A stretch of DNA of 64,000 bases from Bacteroidaceae bacterium (GCA_045629085.1 JAZQQO010000034.1:20983-84982); one strand, 5' to 3'. Positions 1-8,734 are shown, counted from the stretch's first letter. Notes: generated by a model from the sequence alone, not told the origin. Translations and numbers: made by a program.

Positions 1-298
1 ACACGATCATAATGAACACAATCACAATCAAACCGAAAATGTTCTTTCCACTGGTCAAGGCCATCACCACCTGTAGCACAAAACAGGCAATAAAAGGGAT
101 TTGATAATCCTTACGATTGAAAATGCCTTCCCTAATGTTCGAGGAAAACAACATGCTCAAGGCAATAGGAACAGAAGCCACATAATGGACATAACGTGCA
201 ATAGGCCACAGAAACCAAGGATTCAGCGTACCGTAGTAAGCCAGAAGAATGCCGAAATAGAACATCCACAACGCAACGGTACGCTTTCTGATCGTCAT
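1..298 (-). CDS. Polytopic membrane protein, N-terminal part only (gene runs off the left edge); possibly a Wzy/flippase-type component of the adjacent polysaccharide locus
   Basis: Reverse-strand reading from the ATG at 296-298 gives MTIRKRTVALWMFYFGILLAYYGTLNPWFLWPIARYVHYVASVPIALSMLF..., with consecutive hydrophobic helices. It is absent from the ORF track because it has no in-window stop. It lies 74 nt downstream of the Wzz-like gene on the same strand. Confidence 0.4.
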   Translation of the reverse strand, partial: MTIRKRTVALWMFYFGILLAYYGTLNPWFLWPIARYVHYVASVPIALSMLFSSNIREGIFNRKDYQIPFIACFVLQVVMALTSGKNIFGLIVIVFIMIV

Positions 299-372
299 CA
301 GACTACCTGCCTTTGGACAGGTTATCTGCAACCATCTCCTAAGCGAATCCTTACGTATGACCAATGGGTTCT

Positions 373-1518
373 TCATTCCTCATTTTCAGCAACCTCCACA
401 CCCTCGTCCTCAGATTCTACAAGTTCTTCCTCTTTGGTTTGTCCAAGCAGATGGGCAGAGATATCTTTTCGGAATATCCAGAAACAAGTACCGAAGAAAG
501 CAAGGAAGAGCATAGCAGCCACAAAGATCATTCTTTTGGGTGAATCAGCCTTAACTGGTAGAACGGCCGAACTCAACACCGTAAAGGCAGGAGTGCGCTC
601 CTGTACCTTGGCCTTGGCAGCTTGATACTGGGTATTCATGGCATTGTAAGTGGTCTGCTTGCTCTGCATCTCATACTCCAACTTATCCCTTTCTGTGGCA
701 TATGCCTGAAGAATGACATTCTGATGACTATCGCAGTATCGGCTGTAGGCACTTACTGCAGCGTCATATTCCATACGGGCACTATCTGCCAGGCTCTCAT
801 AATATTGCAAGTCTATTCGGGCCTTGCTGGTACGATAGTTCGTGATGAACTCCTGCAAACGCACACAAGCAGAATCTGCCATCGTCACGCAAATCTGTGG
901 ATCCTGATCCTTAACCGTAATTGTAATGACGTTTGTCTTTAGGTCCACATCACAGGTAATATTGTTACGCACCAAAGAAACAAGTTCATCATCTTCCTTT
1001 GAGAGACGGCGCGGATCGAGTCGTTCCTCCATTGAAACGCCTTTTGAAGAGTCGGAAAACAGATTCCTTAGTTGCTTTTTGCACCAACGCCATGGAGCAG
1101 ATAAAGGATTCTTTTTTTGATATTTAGCCAGATAGCACAAATAAGTCGTATCTACATCACCCTCCAGCGTCTTCACGTTCACATAAAGCAGATCTACAAG
1201 AAACTCATTCGTGGCCATCAGGTCAGGATACAATTCCGGATAAAATGCATCCTCAGTTTGAATACCACCAATATCAAAACCAAAACTACTGGCAAGACTT
1301 GAAAGCGCTCCACCTGACGAATGTCCCCCTAACTCTGGAGCTAATGAGAGACTGGTGACATACGTACGAGGTTGCGGCATAATATACACGCAAGCCAAGA
1401 CAAAGGTAATAATCCAAACCTTAACAAAAAGCCATTTACGTCGCCACAAATCGCGAAAAACGACCCTGAGGTCAATGACATCGCGATCGGTGTTCTTTTC
1501 ACTATTCTGAACGTTCAT
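373..1518 (-). CDS. Wzz-type polysaccharide chain-length determinant protein
   Basis: 381 aa ORF. An N-terminal charged segment (DLRVVFRDLWRRKW) is followed by a TM helix, a long hydrophilic middle and a second TM helix near the C-terminus (RMIFVAAMLFLAFFGTCFWIF), which is Wzz topology. It sits next to the Wza and sugar transferase genes. Confidence 0.8.
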   Translation of the reverse strand: MNVQNSEKNTDRDVIDLRVVFRDLWRRKWLFVKVWIITFVLACVYIMPQPRTYVTSLSLAPELGGHSSGGALSSLASSFGFDIGGIQTEDAFYPELYPDLMATNEFLVDLLYVNVKTLEGDVDTTYLCYLAKYQKKNPLSAPWRWCKKQLRNLFSDSSKGVSMEERLDPRRLSKEDDELVSLVRNNITCDVDLKTNVITITVKDQDPQICVTMADSACVRLQEFITNYRTSKARIDLQYYESLADSARMEYDAAVSAYSRYCDSHQNVILQAYATERDKLEYEMQSKQTTYNAMNTQYQAAKAKVQERTPAFTVLSSAVLPVKADSPKRMIFVAAMLFLAFFGTCFWIFRKDISAHLLGQTKEEELVESEDEGVEVAENEE

Positions 1519-1529
1519 AAGACTTTACA

Positions 1530-4025
1530 CTATTTCTTTAGGATACTTATCAAAGCCACTACAACACTTGCCAGCGAGGCACCACCGCTGGCAATGGCCA
1601 TAATCTCACTGGTAGACATACCCGTCTTCTCAGGTTTGGTGGGCACAACAATCTCACAACCAGGTTGTATGGCTTTGCTACTGTGTCGGCTAATCTTCTC
1701 TACGCCTCCGTTGGCATACACGGCATACACACTATTCTTGCGTGCTTTGTTGGCGTAACCTCCGGCATGCTTGATGTAATATGACAACTTCTTGCCCTTC
1801 ACGTAGTTCATAGAGATAGGATAGGAAACCTCACCTGTAATCTTCACTGTATTCGAGTACTGAGGAACAGTAAGAACATCGCCTTCACGTAGCACGATGT
1901 CCTGCAAGCAACCAGGCTCCTTGATGGCAGCCTCCAGGTCGAGGGCCACAGGATAGGTGTCATCCATGTTCATCTTCATAGTCAACAACGTATCCATCTC
2001 TTCGAAACTGGTTGTCACCTCTTTCTTCAGACTCTCCTCATACATCTGGATTTGAGCCTGCTTCAGTGAGTTGTCACGCTGCAACTTTTCGTCCTCCGTC
2101 ATTCTGCGCACCAAACGGGCTCCGGGCACGTATGCCAATTGGGTGAAACCACCAGCAGCCTTGATGAGGTCGGACAAGCGGAAGTCCTTCGTTGTCATGC
2201 TGTACTGTCCAACAAAGTTCACCTGACCACGCACAGTCACATTCTGCTGAGGCTCGTAGGCAGGACTCTTACGAACATATACTTCATCGTAAGGCATCAA
2301 GTAGAATGTTGTGTCCTGTGTCAAGGCGAAGTTCTCATCCAAACTGAAAGAGAAGCTTTCTGCCGACTTTTTGGTATCTGTCACAGCTCTGGCGTCACGC
2401 AGACGACGGTATACATCAATACGAGCCAAAGAACCTGCCTCGGTCAATCCGCCACACTGAAGGATAATATCGCGCAGTGTAGCATTCTCTGCAAAGGGAT
2501 AGATACCGGGATAAAGCACTTCACCATTCACGGTGATCTTGCGTTCACCTTGCATTTCCACCTTACTTGGAATGAATAGCAAGTCATTGTTTTTCAACGC
2601 AACATCAACGGCCGAACCATCAAGGATGCCTTTAATATCCACACCAATTATCTCTAATGTAAGGTCATCTTTTTGGCGATGCATCACGGCGTGCTCCTGA
2701 TAGGCATCCTCGCTAAGACCATCGCAGGCTAGCAAGAGTTCGCGCACGGTCTGGATATTACCGCCCAGTTGGAACTTTCCTGCATGTTTCACAGCTCCAC
2801 GCACTTCCACCATATTGCTGAAACGGGCACGTACACTGTCCACCTCTACCTCATCCAGATCCTTGAGACTGAACGAAGCCATCTCAAACTCGCCTATCGT
2901 GTGGACACTGTATTCTGCTCCAGATTTACGTGTCAGTCGAACCTTGTCGGTATAAGCGTCTCCAGTGAATCCACCGCTATACATCATCAACTGCTTCACC
3001 GTCTCGCTGCTCTTCATTTCATACCACATGGGGCGCTTCACCTTACCAACCACATTGACAAGGCAATCATACGGCCCTACGACAATGACATCGTTGTCCT
3101 GCAACTGCACATCGCCTGCTGAATTGCCATTGACGATGTAATCATAAACGTCTACACTGGCTATCATTCTGCCACGGCGATACACTTTTATATCACGTAA
3201 CGTACCATTGTCATTAATACCACCTGCGGCATACAAGGCATTAAAAGCACTCGAAAGACTTGACAGACTGTACGTTCCAGGCATATTGACCTCGCCAGCC
3301 ACCTGCACTTGGATGGTACGGATGTCACCTACCGAAAGGTTGAACTGGCAACCGCTGTAGTACTGCCCCAGACGGCTCTTGAGTGCTGCTTTGGCCTGCG
3401 TGACGCTGAGTCCTCCCAGACGGATAAGTCCAACTCCCTCGACTGTAATATTACCATCAGGCGAGATGGTCTCCGTGAACGTCTGCTGGCTAGCACCCCA
3501 CACGTCAATCACCACCTGATCGCCAGGGCCCAACACATACTTTGTTGGAGTGGCCATGTTGGTGCTGGGCTGGAAGGTCAGGTTCTGCTTGTTGAAGATG
3601 TCGCGTCCGAACACCTTACGTCCCGTGTCCATACCTTCCATGTACATCATCAGCGAATCATCTGGTTCTTCGTAGAAAGCGCTCTGATTGACTCCCATAG
3701 GCACGTTCAGCAACTTATCATCCGGATCAATGGGATTGCCGTACTGGTCGTATTGCGTGCGCTTAGTCGACTTCGGTTGCACAATCAAGCTACCACCATT
3801 TTGCTGTGTCTGCTTCATCGTCATCGCCTTACGGCGTACCCGCTGCAACTGCGTCATCGTCACTCCTCTCTTCATCAGTTCCGTAACGATTTGCTGCTGA
3901 CTAGTACCCTTGCCACTTTCCCTTTGAATGTAGGAAATAATCTGGTCGTCTGACATCGACTGTGCAAAAGCACCAATGGCGCCCACCAGGATGAGCGCCA
4001 CAATGAGTGTGAGTTTCTTTATCAT
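1530..4025 (-). CDS. Wza/BexD-family polysaccharide export outer-membrane protein with multiple SLBB-like repeats
   Basis: ORF 1530..4049. The start was trimmed to the ATG at 4023-4025 (MIKKLTLIVALILVGAIGAFAQ signal peptide), which removes the overlap with the upstream gene. It has repeated PGDxVxV / GEVxxPGxY blocks (LGPGDQVVIDVWG, AGEVNMPGTYSL, NGEVLYPGIYPF, TGEVSYPISMNY) and a C-terminal hydrophobic helix. Confidence 0.85.
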   Translation of the reverse strand: MIKKLTLIVALILVGAIGAFAQSMSDDQIISYIQRESGKGTSQQQIVTELMKRGVTMTQLQRVRRKAMTMKQTQQNGGSLIVQPKSTKRTQYDQYGNPIDPDDKLLNVPMGVNQSAFYEEPDDSLMMYMEGMDTGRKVFGRDIFNKQNLTFQPSTNMATPTKYVLGPGDQVVIDVWGASQQTFTETISPDGNITVEGVGLIRLGGLSVTQAKAALKSRLGQYYSGCQFNLSVGDIRTIQVQVAGEVNMPGTYSLSSLSSAFNALYAAGGINDNGTLRDIKVYRRGRMIASVDVYDYIVNGNSAGDVQLQDNDVIVVGPYDCLVNVVGKVKRPMWYEMKSSETVKQLMMYSGGFTGDAYTDKVRLTRKSGAEYSVHTIGEFEMASFSLKDLDEVEVDSVRARFSNMVEVRGAVKHAGKFQLGGNIQTVRELLLACDGLSEDAYQEHAVMHRQKDDLTLEIIGVDIKGILDGSAVDVALKNNDLLFIPSKVEMQGERKITVNGEVLYPGIYPFAENATLRDIILQCGGLTEAGSLARIDVYRRLRDARAVTDTKKSAESFSFSLDENFALTQDTTFYLMPYDEVYVRKSPAYEPQQNVTVRGQVNFVGQYSMTTKDFRLSDLIKAAGGFTQLAYVPGARLVRRMTEDEKLQRDNSLKQAQIQMYEESLKKEVTTSFEEMDTLLTMKMNMDDTYPVALDLEAAIKEPGCLQDIVLREGDVLTVPQYSNTVKITGEVSYPISMNYVKGKKLSYYIKHAGGYANKARKNSVYAVYANGGVEKISRHSSKAIQPGCEIVVPTKPEKTGMSTSEIMAIASGGASLASVVVALISILKK

Positions 4026-4026
4026 A

Positions 4027-4671
4027 TTAGAATTTCTTGCCATTAACAATAAGCCTTACCGTAGTAAATACTATTTTTAAATCATACCACAAGGAACGAC
4101 GTTGCAGATAGTCAAGATCCATCTGCAGGCGGATGAGCATCTTCTCCATCGTATCGGTGTAGCCATTATAGATCGTTGCCATAGAGGTGATACCGGGACG
4201 AATCTGGTAGAGCAGTTCGTAATCCGAATTTTCTTCCATAATTTTATCAATGAAATACTTGCGCTCCGGACGTGGCCCGACAAACGACATATCACCTACA
4301 AAAACATTCCAAAGCTGAGGCAGCTCGTCCAAGTGATGCTCACGCAGGAACTTTCCTGCTGGTGTCAGTCTGTCATCACCTGCCTTGGCTAACCTGGGAG
4401 TATGATTCTTCTCGCTATCCACACGCATGGTGCGGAACTTCAAAATGTGAAAAGGCTTTCCACCTTTTCCGATACGTTCCTGACGAAAAAGCACGGGACC
4501 ATCATGCTGCCTATACAGCTTTATATATACATAAAGGAAGGCTGGCGACAGAAACACTAGTCCTAAAAAAGACACCAACACATCAAAACCACGCTTCACG
4601 GCACGCTCCACTACATTCATGCCGTCCTTGACCTTTATATCTTCTATGTTAATTGCCAAAGTTTGTATCAT
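4027..4671 (-). CDS. Initiating sugar-phosphate transferase (bacterial sugar transferase family, WbaP/WcaJ C-terminal type)
   Basis: 214 aa. One N-terminal TM helix (FDVLVSFLGLVFLSPAFLYVYI) is followed by the family core: PVLFRQERIGKGGKPFHILKFRTM ... DELPQLWNVFVGDMSFVGPRPE. Confidence 0.85.
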   Translation of the reverse strand: MIQTLAINIEDIKVKDGMNVVERAVKRGFDVLVSFLGLVFLSPAFLYVYIKLYRQHDGPVLFRQERIGKGGKPFHILKFRTMRVDSEKNHTPRLAKAGDDRLTPAGKFLREHHLDELPQLWNVFVGDMSFVGPRPERKYFIDKIMEENSDYELLYQIRPGITSMATIYNGYTDTMEKMLIRLQMDLDYLQRRSLWYDLKIVFTTVRLIVNGKKF

Positions 4672-4755
4672 TTTTTACGTTCAAGATTAATCTATCCACC
4701 CAATCAAACATCAAGCAGATACATTATAATAAACGCACAATTTCGAAATTTATTG

Positions 4756-4763
4756 CAAAGATA
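4756..4763 (-). promoter_or_regulatory. Candidate Bacteroidota -7 promoter box (TATCTTTG) for the polysaccharide export operon
   Basis: The reverse complement of caaagata matches TAnnTTTG. It lies 85-92 nt upstream of the ATG at 4671. Confidence 0.4.
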
Positions 4764-4839
4764 GCACATTTTTTCTAAAATATGTTAATAGTAACAGCAA
4801 AATTACCTCAGAATAGTTGTGTACAAGAAAAAAAAGAGG

Positions 4840-4847
4840 TAATTTTG
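4840..4847 (+). promoter_or_regulatory. Candidate -7 promoter box (TAATTTTG) for tmRNA
   Basis: Matches TAnnTTTG, 23 nt upstream of the mature tmRNA 5' end. The same extended string taattttgccgcaga recurs at 51544. Confidence 0.5.
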
Positions 4848-4869
4848 CCGCAGATAACGATGATTCCAA

Positions 4870-5270
4870 GGGGCTGACATGGATTTGACAGCAGGATGAA
4901 GCGTTGTGTAAGCACGCAGAGAGTCGGTGATTGCTCTCTATAATCCATAGTTACCAAAGATTTATCTGGCGAAAACAACTACGCTCTCGCTGCCTAATCG
5001 AAGTACAGTAGATTACTGGCTTTATCTCGGCACAAGGTGCTGAGACGAGATGTCACTCAGGCGCTGTGGCTCCGAAGCCCCCTGATCAAGTGGCACAGCA
5101 AAATCGGAGATAGTCCGAAGCGGCCTCGCGCCGAGGATGAAGTTCTTAGAGGATAAGGCATCGGTTGGTGGCCCAGGTCTTGCCAATGCACGAAAATTCA
5201 GGCTGGGATAAGCGTGTAGAAAGCACAGGGGTTCCCTGTTTGGACGAGGGTTCAATCCCCTCCAGCTCCA
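4870..5270 (+). ncRNA. ssrA: tmRNA (SsrA)
   Basis: The 5' end is GGGGCTGACATGGATTTGACAGC. The internal tag frame GGC GAA AAC AAC TAC GCT CTC GCT GCC TAA at 4968-4997 encodes GENNYALAA*. The 3' tRNA-like end is GGACGAGGGTTCAATCCCCTCCAGCTCCA. The acceptor 5' GGGGCTG pairs with 3' CAGCTCC. Confidence 0.92.
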
Positions 5271-5276
5271 CAAACA

Positions 5277-5305
5277 GCGAGAGAGGCACATGCCCCTCTC
5301 GCTTT
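5277..5305 (+). terminator. Hairpin immediately after tmRNA (probable terminator/processing hairpin)
   Basis: gcgagagagg-cacatg-cccctctcgc (9 of 10 bp stem) followed by ttt. Confidence 0.5.
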
Positions 5306-5424
5306 GTATACATGCCTACATCATTGGGTAATGGGCAACAATGTGCGTCCTCTAGCGTAACAGCCATTCGCAATCGATTAGGAACGAAAATTAAGAAAAA
5401 AAAGATTTTTTTGCAAAAAAGGTT

Positions 5425-5461
5425 CACTCCTAGCAGTCTTAGGGGAAAAGTGCGCAGTAAA
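5425..5461 (+). repeat. Dispersed 38-mer repeat, copy 1
   Basis: cactcctagcagtcttaggggaaaagtgcgcagtaaa matches the reverse complement of 41003-41041 with one indel and three mismatches. It is preceded by the palindrome TTTTTTGCAAAAAA. Confidence 0.7.
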
Positions 5462-5483
5462 ATTTAGGCGAAACTGTATTCTG

Positions 5484-5762
5484 TTACTTCTTCTCTTCAG
5501 AAGCGCTATTCCATTTTCCTGTAAGATCATCCCAACGGTGATTGAAACGCCAAAGGAACGGATGGCAACCAGGACAATCACGTACTTCCTCGCCCATTTT
5601 CGTATGGAACGATTCGTGATAGGCTTCCTGATACTCCATCATACGAGAATCCTCATTCTGCAGGGGTACGAAACAGAAACACAGAAATCCCACTGTCACA
5701 ACAAAAATAGCCAAAATGCTCAACCAAAAAAGTCTTCTCTTAAAACTTTGCATATATATCAT
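5484..5762 (-). CDS. Hypothetical small single-pass membrane protein
   Basis: ORF 5484..5816, trimmed to MIYMQSFKRRLFWLSILAIFVVTVGFLCFCFV (one TM helix). The C-terminal tail carries CPGCHP. No family was recognised. Confidence 0.4.
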   Translation of the reverse strand: MIYMQSFKRRLFWLSILAIFVVTVGFLCFCFVPLQNEDSRMMEYQEAYHESFHTKMGEEVRDCPGCHPFLWRFNHRWDDLTGKWNSASEEKK

Positions 5763-5849
5763 TTTTAATTTCGGGCGCAAAATTACACAAAAAGAAAGCA
5801 ATAGGCAAACTTTCACGGGTAAAAACTTTGTAGATTAACGCATAAAAGC

Positions 5850-5857
5850 TAAATTTG
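5850..5857 (+). promoter_or_regulatory. Candidate -7 promoter box (TAAATTTG)
   Basis: Matches TAnnTTTG, 88 nt upstream of the ATG at 5945. Confidence 0.35.
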
Positions 5858-5944
5858 CACTAAATTACTCTCTAATGAGTATTTCTAACAAAATGCTTTG
5901 GGCAAAACAGCATAAATAAAAACAACATAAATAATCAAAGAAAA

Positions 5945-7126
5945 ATGACTGAATTGGAGTTGAAGTATGGTTGCAACCCCAACCAAAAACCCTCACGCAT
6001 CTACATGGAAGAGGGCGAATTGCCTATCGAGGTATTGAACGGACGTCCCGGTTATATCAATTTCCTGGACGCACTGAACAGCTGGCAGTTGGTAAAGGAA
6101 CTGAAGGAAGCCACGGGTCTGCCCGCAGCAGCAAGTTTCAAGCACGTATCACCTGCAGGCGCTGCCGTAGGTCTACCCCTGAGCGACACCTTGAAGAAGA
6201 TCTATTTCGTCGATGACGCCCCCCTGCCCCTTACACCTATTGCATCTGCGTATGCACGTGCGCGCGGAGCCGACCGAATGAGTTCGTACGGTGACTTTAT
6301 TGCCCTCTCTGACGAGTGCGACGAGGCAACGGCACGCCTCATCAACCGCGAGGTAAGCGATGGTGTCATCGCTCCCAGTTATAGTCCAGAGGCACTTGAA
6401 GTGCTGAAGAACAAGCGCAAGGGCACCTACAACGTCATCAAGATTGACCCCAACTACCGTCCCGCTCCCATCGAGCGCAAGCAGTGCTTCGGCATCACCT
6501 TCGAGCAGGGCCGCAACGAGATCAACCTGGCCGACGACAGCCTCTTCGCCAACATCCCCACACAGAACAAGACTTTTACTGAGGCTGCCAAGCGCGACCT
6601 CATCATCAGCCTCATCACGCTGAAGTACACACAGTCTAACAGTGTCTGCTACGTCAAGGACGGACAGGCCATCGGCATCGGTGCCGGTCAGCAGAGCCGC
6701 ATCCACTGTACCCGTCTGGCTGGTCAGAAGGCCGACATCTGGTGGCTGCGCCAGCATCCCAAGGTGATGGCACTCCCCTTCGTGGACGGCATCCGTCGTG
6801 CCGACCGCGACAACACCATCGACATCTACATCGGTCCCGAGCACGACGACGTGCTGAAGGAGGGCGAATGGCAGAAGTTCTTCAAGGAGCGTCCCGAGGT
6901 GCTGACCGAGGAGGAGAAGGCTGAGTGGATTGCCAAGAACACCGAGGTGGCTCTGGGCAGCGACGCGTTCTTCCCCTTCGGCGACAACATCGAGCGTGCC
7001 CACAAGAGTGGTGTGCAGTATGTGGCACAGGCTGGTGGCAGCGTGCGCGACGACCATGTCATCGACACCTGCGACAAGTACGGTATCGCCATGGCATTCA
7101 CCGGCGTACGCTTGTTCCATCATTAA
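5945..7126 (+). CDS. AICAR formyltransferase-domain protein (PurH-like, lacking the N-terminal MGS/IMP cyclohydrolase domain)
   Basis: 393 aa. It opens with LKYGCNPNQ (compare the PurH AICARFT-domain motif LRYGENPHQ) and ends ...GVRLFHH, like the PurH C-terminus. The ORF has no room for the cyclohydrolase domain. Confidence 0.8.
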   Translation: MTELELKYGCNPNQKPSRIYMEEGELPIEVLNGRPGYINFLDALNSWQLVKELKEATGLPAAASFKHVSPAGAAVGLPLSDTLKKIYFVDDAPLPLTPIASAYARARGADRMSSYGDFIALSDECDEATARLINREVSDGVIAPSYSPEALEVLKNKRKGTYNVIKIDPNYRPAPIERKQCFGITFEQGRNEINLADDSLFANIPTQNKTFTEAAKRDLIISLITLKYTQSNSVCYVKDGQAIGIGAGQQSRIHCTRLAGQKADIWWLRQHPKVMALPFVDGIRRADRDNTIDIYIGPEHDDVLKEGEWQKFFKERPEVLTEEEKAEWIAKNTEVALGSDAFFPFGDNIERAHKSGVQYVAQAGGSVRDDHVIDTCDKYGIAMAFTGVRLFHH

Positions 7127-7128
7127 TA

Positions 7129-7166
7129 GACCCTCTCCCCAACCCTCCCCCATAATGGGGAGGGAG
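7129..7166 (+). repeat. GC-rich nested-hairpin element, copy A
   Basis: GACCCTCTCCCCAACCCTCCCCCATAATGGGGAGGGAG, with hairpin CCCTCCCC/GGGGAGGG. It starts 2 nt after the TAA stop at 7124-7126. Confidence 0.8.
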
Positions 7167-7264
7167 AAATTTATAGGGAATGGACTACTAAACAGCGAAT
7201 TCTGAAATTTACGAGTCAACGATTCGACCACGCAACGAGTCGTTGACTCCTAAAACACAATAAC

Positions 7265-7465
7265 ATGTTCGGAGGCGACGACATCGATGCCGTCATCATG
7301 AGCGGCATAACCTTTAAGGGCAGCGGAAAAGGCGGTCCAAAGAAGGATGAAAACAAGGTCAAGACAAAGGCCAAGAAGAAGCAGTACATAACGGGGGCAC
7401 ACGGCAGCGGCTCGGCCAAGAAGAAAGCTGAGATACGCATGAAGCGTGCCAATAGGCACAAATGA
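7265..7465 (+). CDS. Possible small Lys-rich protein (66 aa) translationally coupled to the AraC-family gene
   Basis: Its stop overlaps the next start (ATGA at 7462-7465). Codon choice (gcc, aag, ggc) resembles neighbouring genes. No family was recognised. Confidence 0.35.
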   Translation: MFGGDDIDAVIMSGITFKGSGKGGPKKDENKVKTKAKKKQYITGAHGSGSAKKKAEIRMKRANRHK

Positions 7466-8613
7466 TGCTAAACGACTATAGCAACGTTCCCGACTACTTT
7501 ATGATGACGGTGATGAGCACGCTGCTCATCATCCTCGTTTTTATGTCAATGCCCACAGGAAGGCATTGGAAAACCTTTCGCAAGTCCATCAAGTTCTTCG
7601 AACTGGCCTGCTTCATACTTATTGCATCCAATCTGACCGCAGCCCTACAACTAGCGCAAGGCGACTCAGGGCTGCGAGATGCCATCATGCTTGGCGTCTC
7701 TTATTTCCAAGCCTTGCTTTTCACAGCCCTGCCCATCGTGATGCTCCATGCCAAGTCGCGCTTCATCCATCACATACCCTACCAGGTAGCCGGGCTCGCC
7801 ACATTATTCGTAGCATTGGTGGCAAGCGCCATCTTCTCCCCCACAGGCATCTTCCAGTGGCTCTTCCCACTGAGCATAGTTGGCTATTACGTGCTGTGCT
7901 TATTCTATTCATGGGCATTCAGACAAATCTATCTGCGCAGCGTCCGCAAGTTGGAAGCCTACTACGATGATGACATACGCCTCCGCACTTATTGGATGTG
8001 CCGCATGTTCTGCGTGGCACTGTTCATCGGTCTGTTGGCTCCTTTTGGCATTTTCTTCGACACATTTTATAATATATTCCTCATCCTGGCATCACTACTC
8101 TACACCTACCTCCTGACCTGCATCCTGCGCTACATCATGACGGGACAATACGTACTGCAAGTCAGCGAGACGAAGGAAACAGGGCCTATTGAGGAGAGCA
8201 AGACAACGGAGCAACAAGCGAAACAGGACTTGCAGACAGCCACTCAGACGGACGGCGAGACTACAAGCCACCGTTACCTGCAATTGGAAGAGAATCTGCG
8301 CCAATGGGTAGAACATAAAGAATACATCAAGACGGACGTAGGAGTAGAGGAGATAGCACAAAGCCTTAACACAAACTACGCCAATCTTTGTCACTATTTT
8401 TCAGAGATAAAGGGCACTACATTCCGCAATTGGCGCACCACGCTCCGCATAGAAGAATCGAAGCGGATCATGGGTCAGCAGCACAATCTGAGCATACGTG
8501 AAGTGGCCGTAATGGCTGGATTCAACGACCGTGCCAACTTCTACCGTTACTTCCAGAAACACGAAGGAATGACCCCAGCAGACTATCGCGAGAAGATCGA
8601 AAAAGAACTTTAG
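7462..8613 (+). CDS. Membrane-anchored AraC/XylS-family transcriptional regulator
   Basis: 383 aa. The N-terminal ~230 aa contain about six hydrophobic helices. The C-terminal part has the double HTH of AraC type: IAQSLNTNYANLCHYFSEIKGTTFRNWRTTLRIEESKRIM...IREVAVMAGFNDRANFYRYFQKHEGMTPADYR. Confidence 0.85.
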   Translation: MMLNDYSNVPDYFMMTVMSTLLIILVFMSMPTGRHWKTFRKSIKFFELACFILIASNLTAALQLAQGDSGLRDAIMLGVSYFQALLFTALPIVMLHAKSRFIHHIPYQVAGLATLFVALVASAIFSPTGIFQWLFPLSIVGYYVLCLFYSWAFRQIYLRSVRKLEAYYDDDIRLRTYWMCRMFCVALFIGLLAPFGIFFDTFYNIFLILASLLYTYLLTCILRYIMTGQYVLQVSETKETGPIEESKTTEQQAKQDLQTATQTDGETTSHRYLQLEENLRQWVEHKEYIKTDVGVEEIAQSLNTNYANLCHYFSEIKGTTFRNWRTTLRIEESKRIMGQQHNLSIREVAVMAGFNDRANFYRYFQKHEGMTPADYREKIEKEL

Positions 8614-8639
8614 AACGCACTTTACGACATCCACATTGC

Positions 8640-8680
8640 AGCACGGAAACCAAGCGATTGGCCGTGCTTTTTTTATTTTT
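8640..8680 (+). terminator. Rho-independent terminator after the AraC-family gene
   Basis: Stem GCACGG/CCGTGC with a 14 nt loop, followed by tttttttattttt. Confidence 0.65.
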
Positions 8681-8682
8681 AT

Positions 8683-8734
8683 GTGTTGTAAAACTTTAAA
8701 AGAAGTGTTGTAAAACTTTAATTTTTGCGTTGTA
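8683..8734 (+). promoter_or_regulatory. Phased direct repeats (candidate activator operator) upstream of the giant-protein operon
   Basis: GTGTTGTAAAACTTTAA occurs at 8683-8699 and identically at 8705-8721. A partial third copy, GCGTTGTA, is at 8727, so the period is exactly 22 nt. The repeats lie about 60-110 nt upstream of the -7 box at 8793. Confidence 0.55.

Noticed and set aside
101-625. 174 aa plus-strand ORF at the left edge.
   Set aside because: It overlaps the minus-strand membrane-protein fragment and the Wzz gene, has no motifs, and is Ser/Thr/Arg-rich. It is probably spurious.
4027-4049. Apparent 23 nt overlap between the Wza ORF and the sugar transferase ORF.
   Set aside because: It is resolved by using the internal ATG at 4023-4025, which yields a canonical signal peptide. 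The overlap is an ORF-calling artefact.
5022-5467. ORFs 5022-5291, 5146-5427 and 5165-5467, which overlap the tmRNA 3' half and its downstream region.
   Set aside because: They overlap a confidently identified tmRNA and repeat sequence, with no coding signal.
4870-5483. Possibility that the tmRNA gene marks the edge of an integrated genomic island.
   Set aside because: No integrase gene, no duplicated copy of the tmRNA 3' end (att-like direct repeat) and no phage or ICE genes were seen in the window. The following genes are ordinary chromosomal genes.
6173-7231. Long antisense ORF (352 aa) opposite the PurH-like gene. Similar long antisense or off-frame ORFs lie inside the giant genes and others, e.g. 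11040-11849, 13557-14393, 17720-18355, 22745-23515, 23579-24553, 55031-55975 and 57113-58189.
   Set aside because: They lie entirely within much longer ORFs that have clear domain content. Their translations are low-complexity (Val/Ala/Gly/Leu/His-rich) with no recognisable motifs. This is the expected shadow of GC3-rich coding sequence on the opposite strand.
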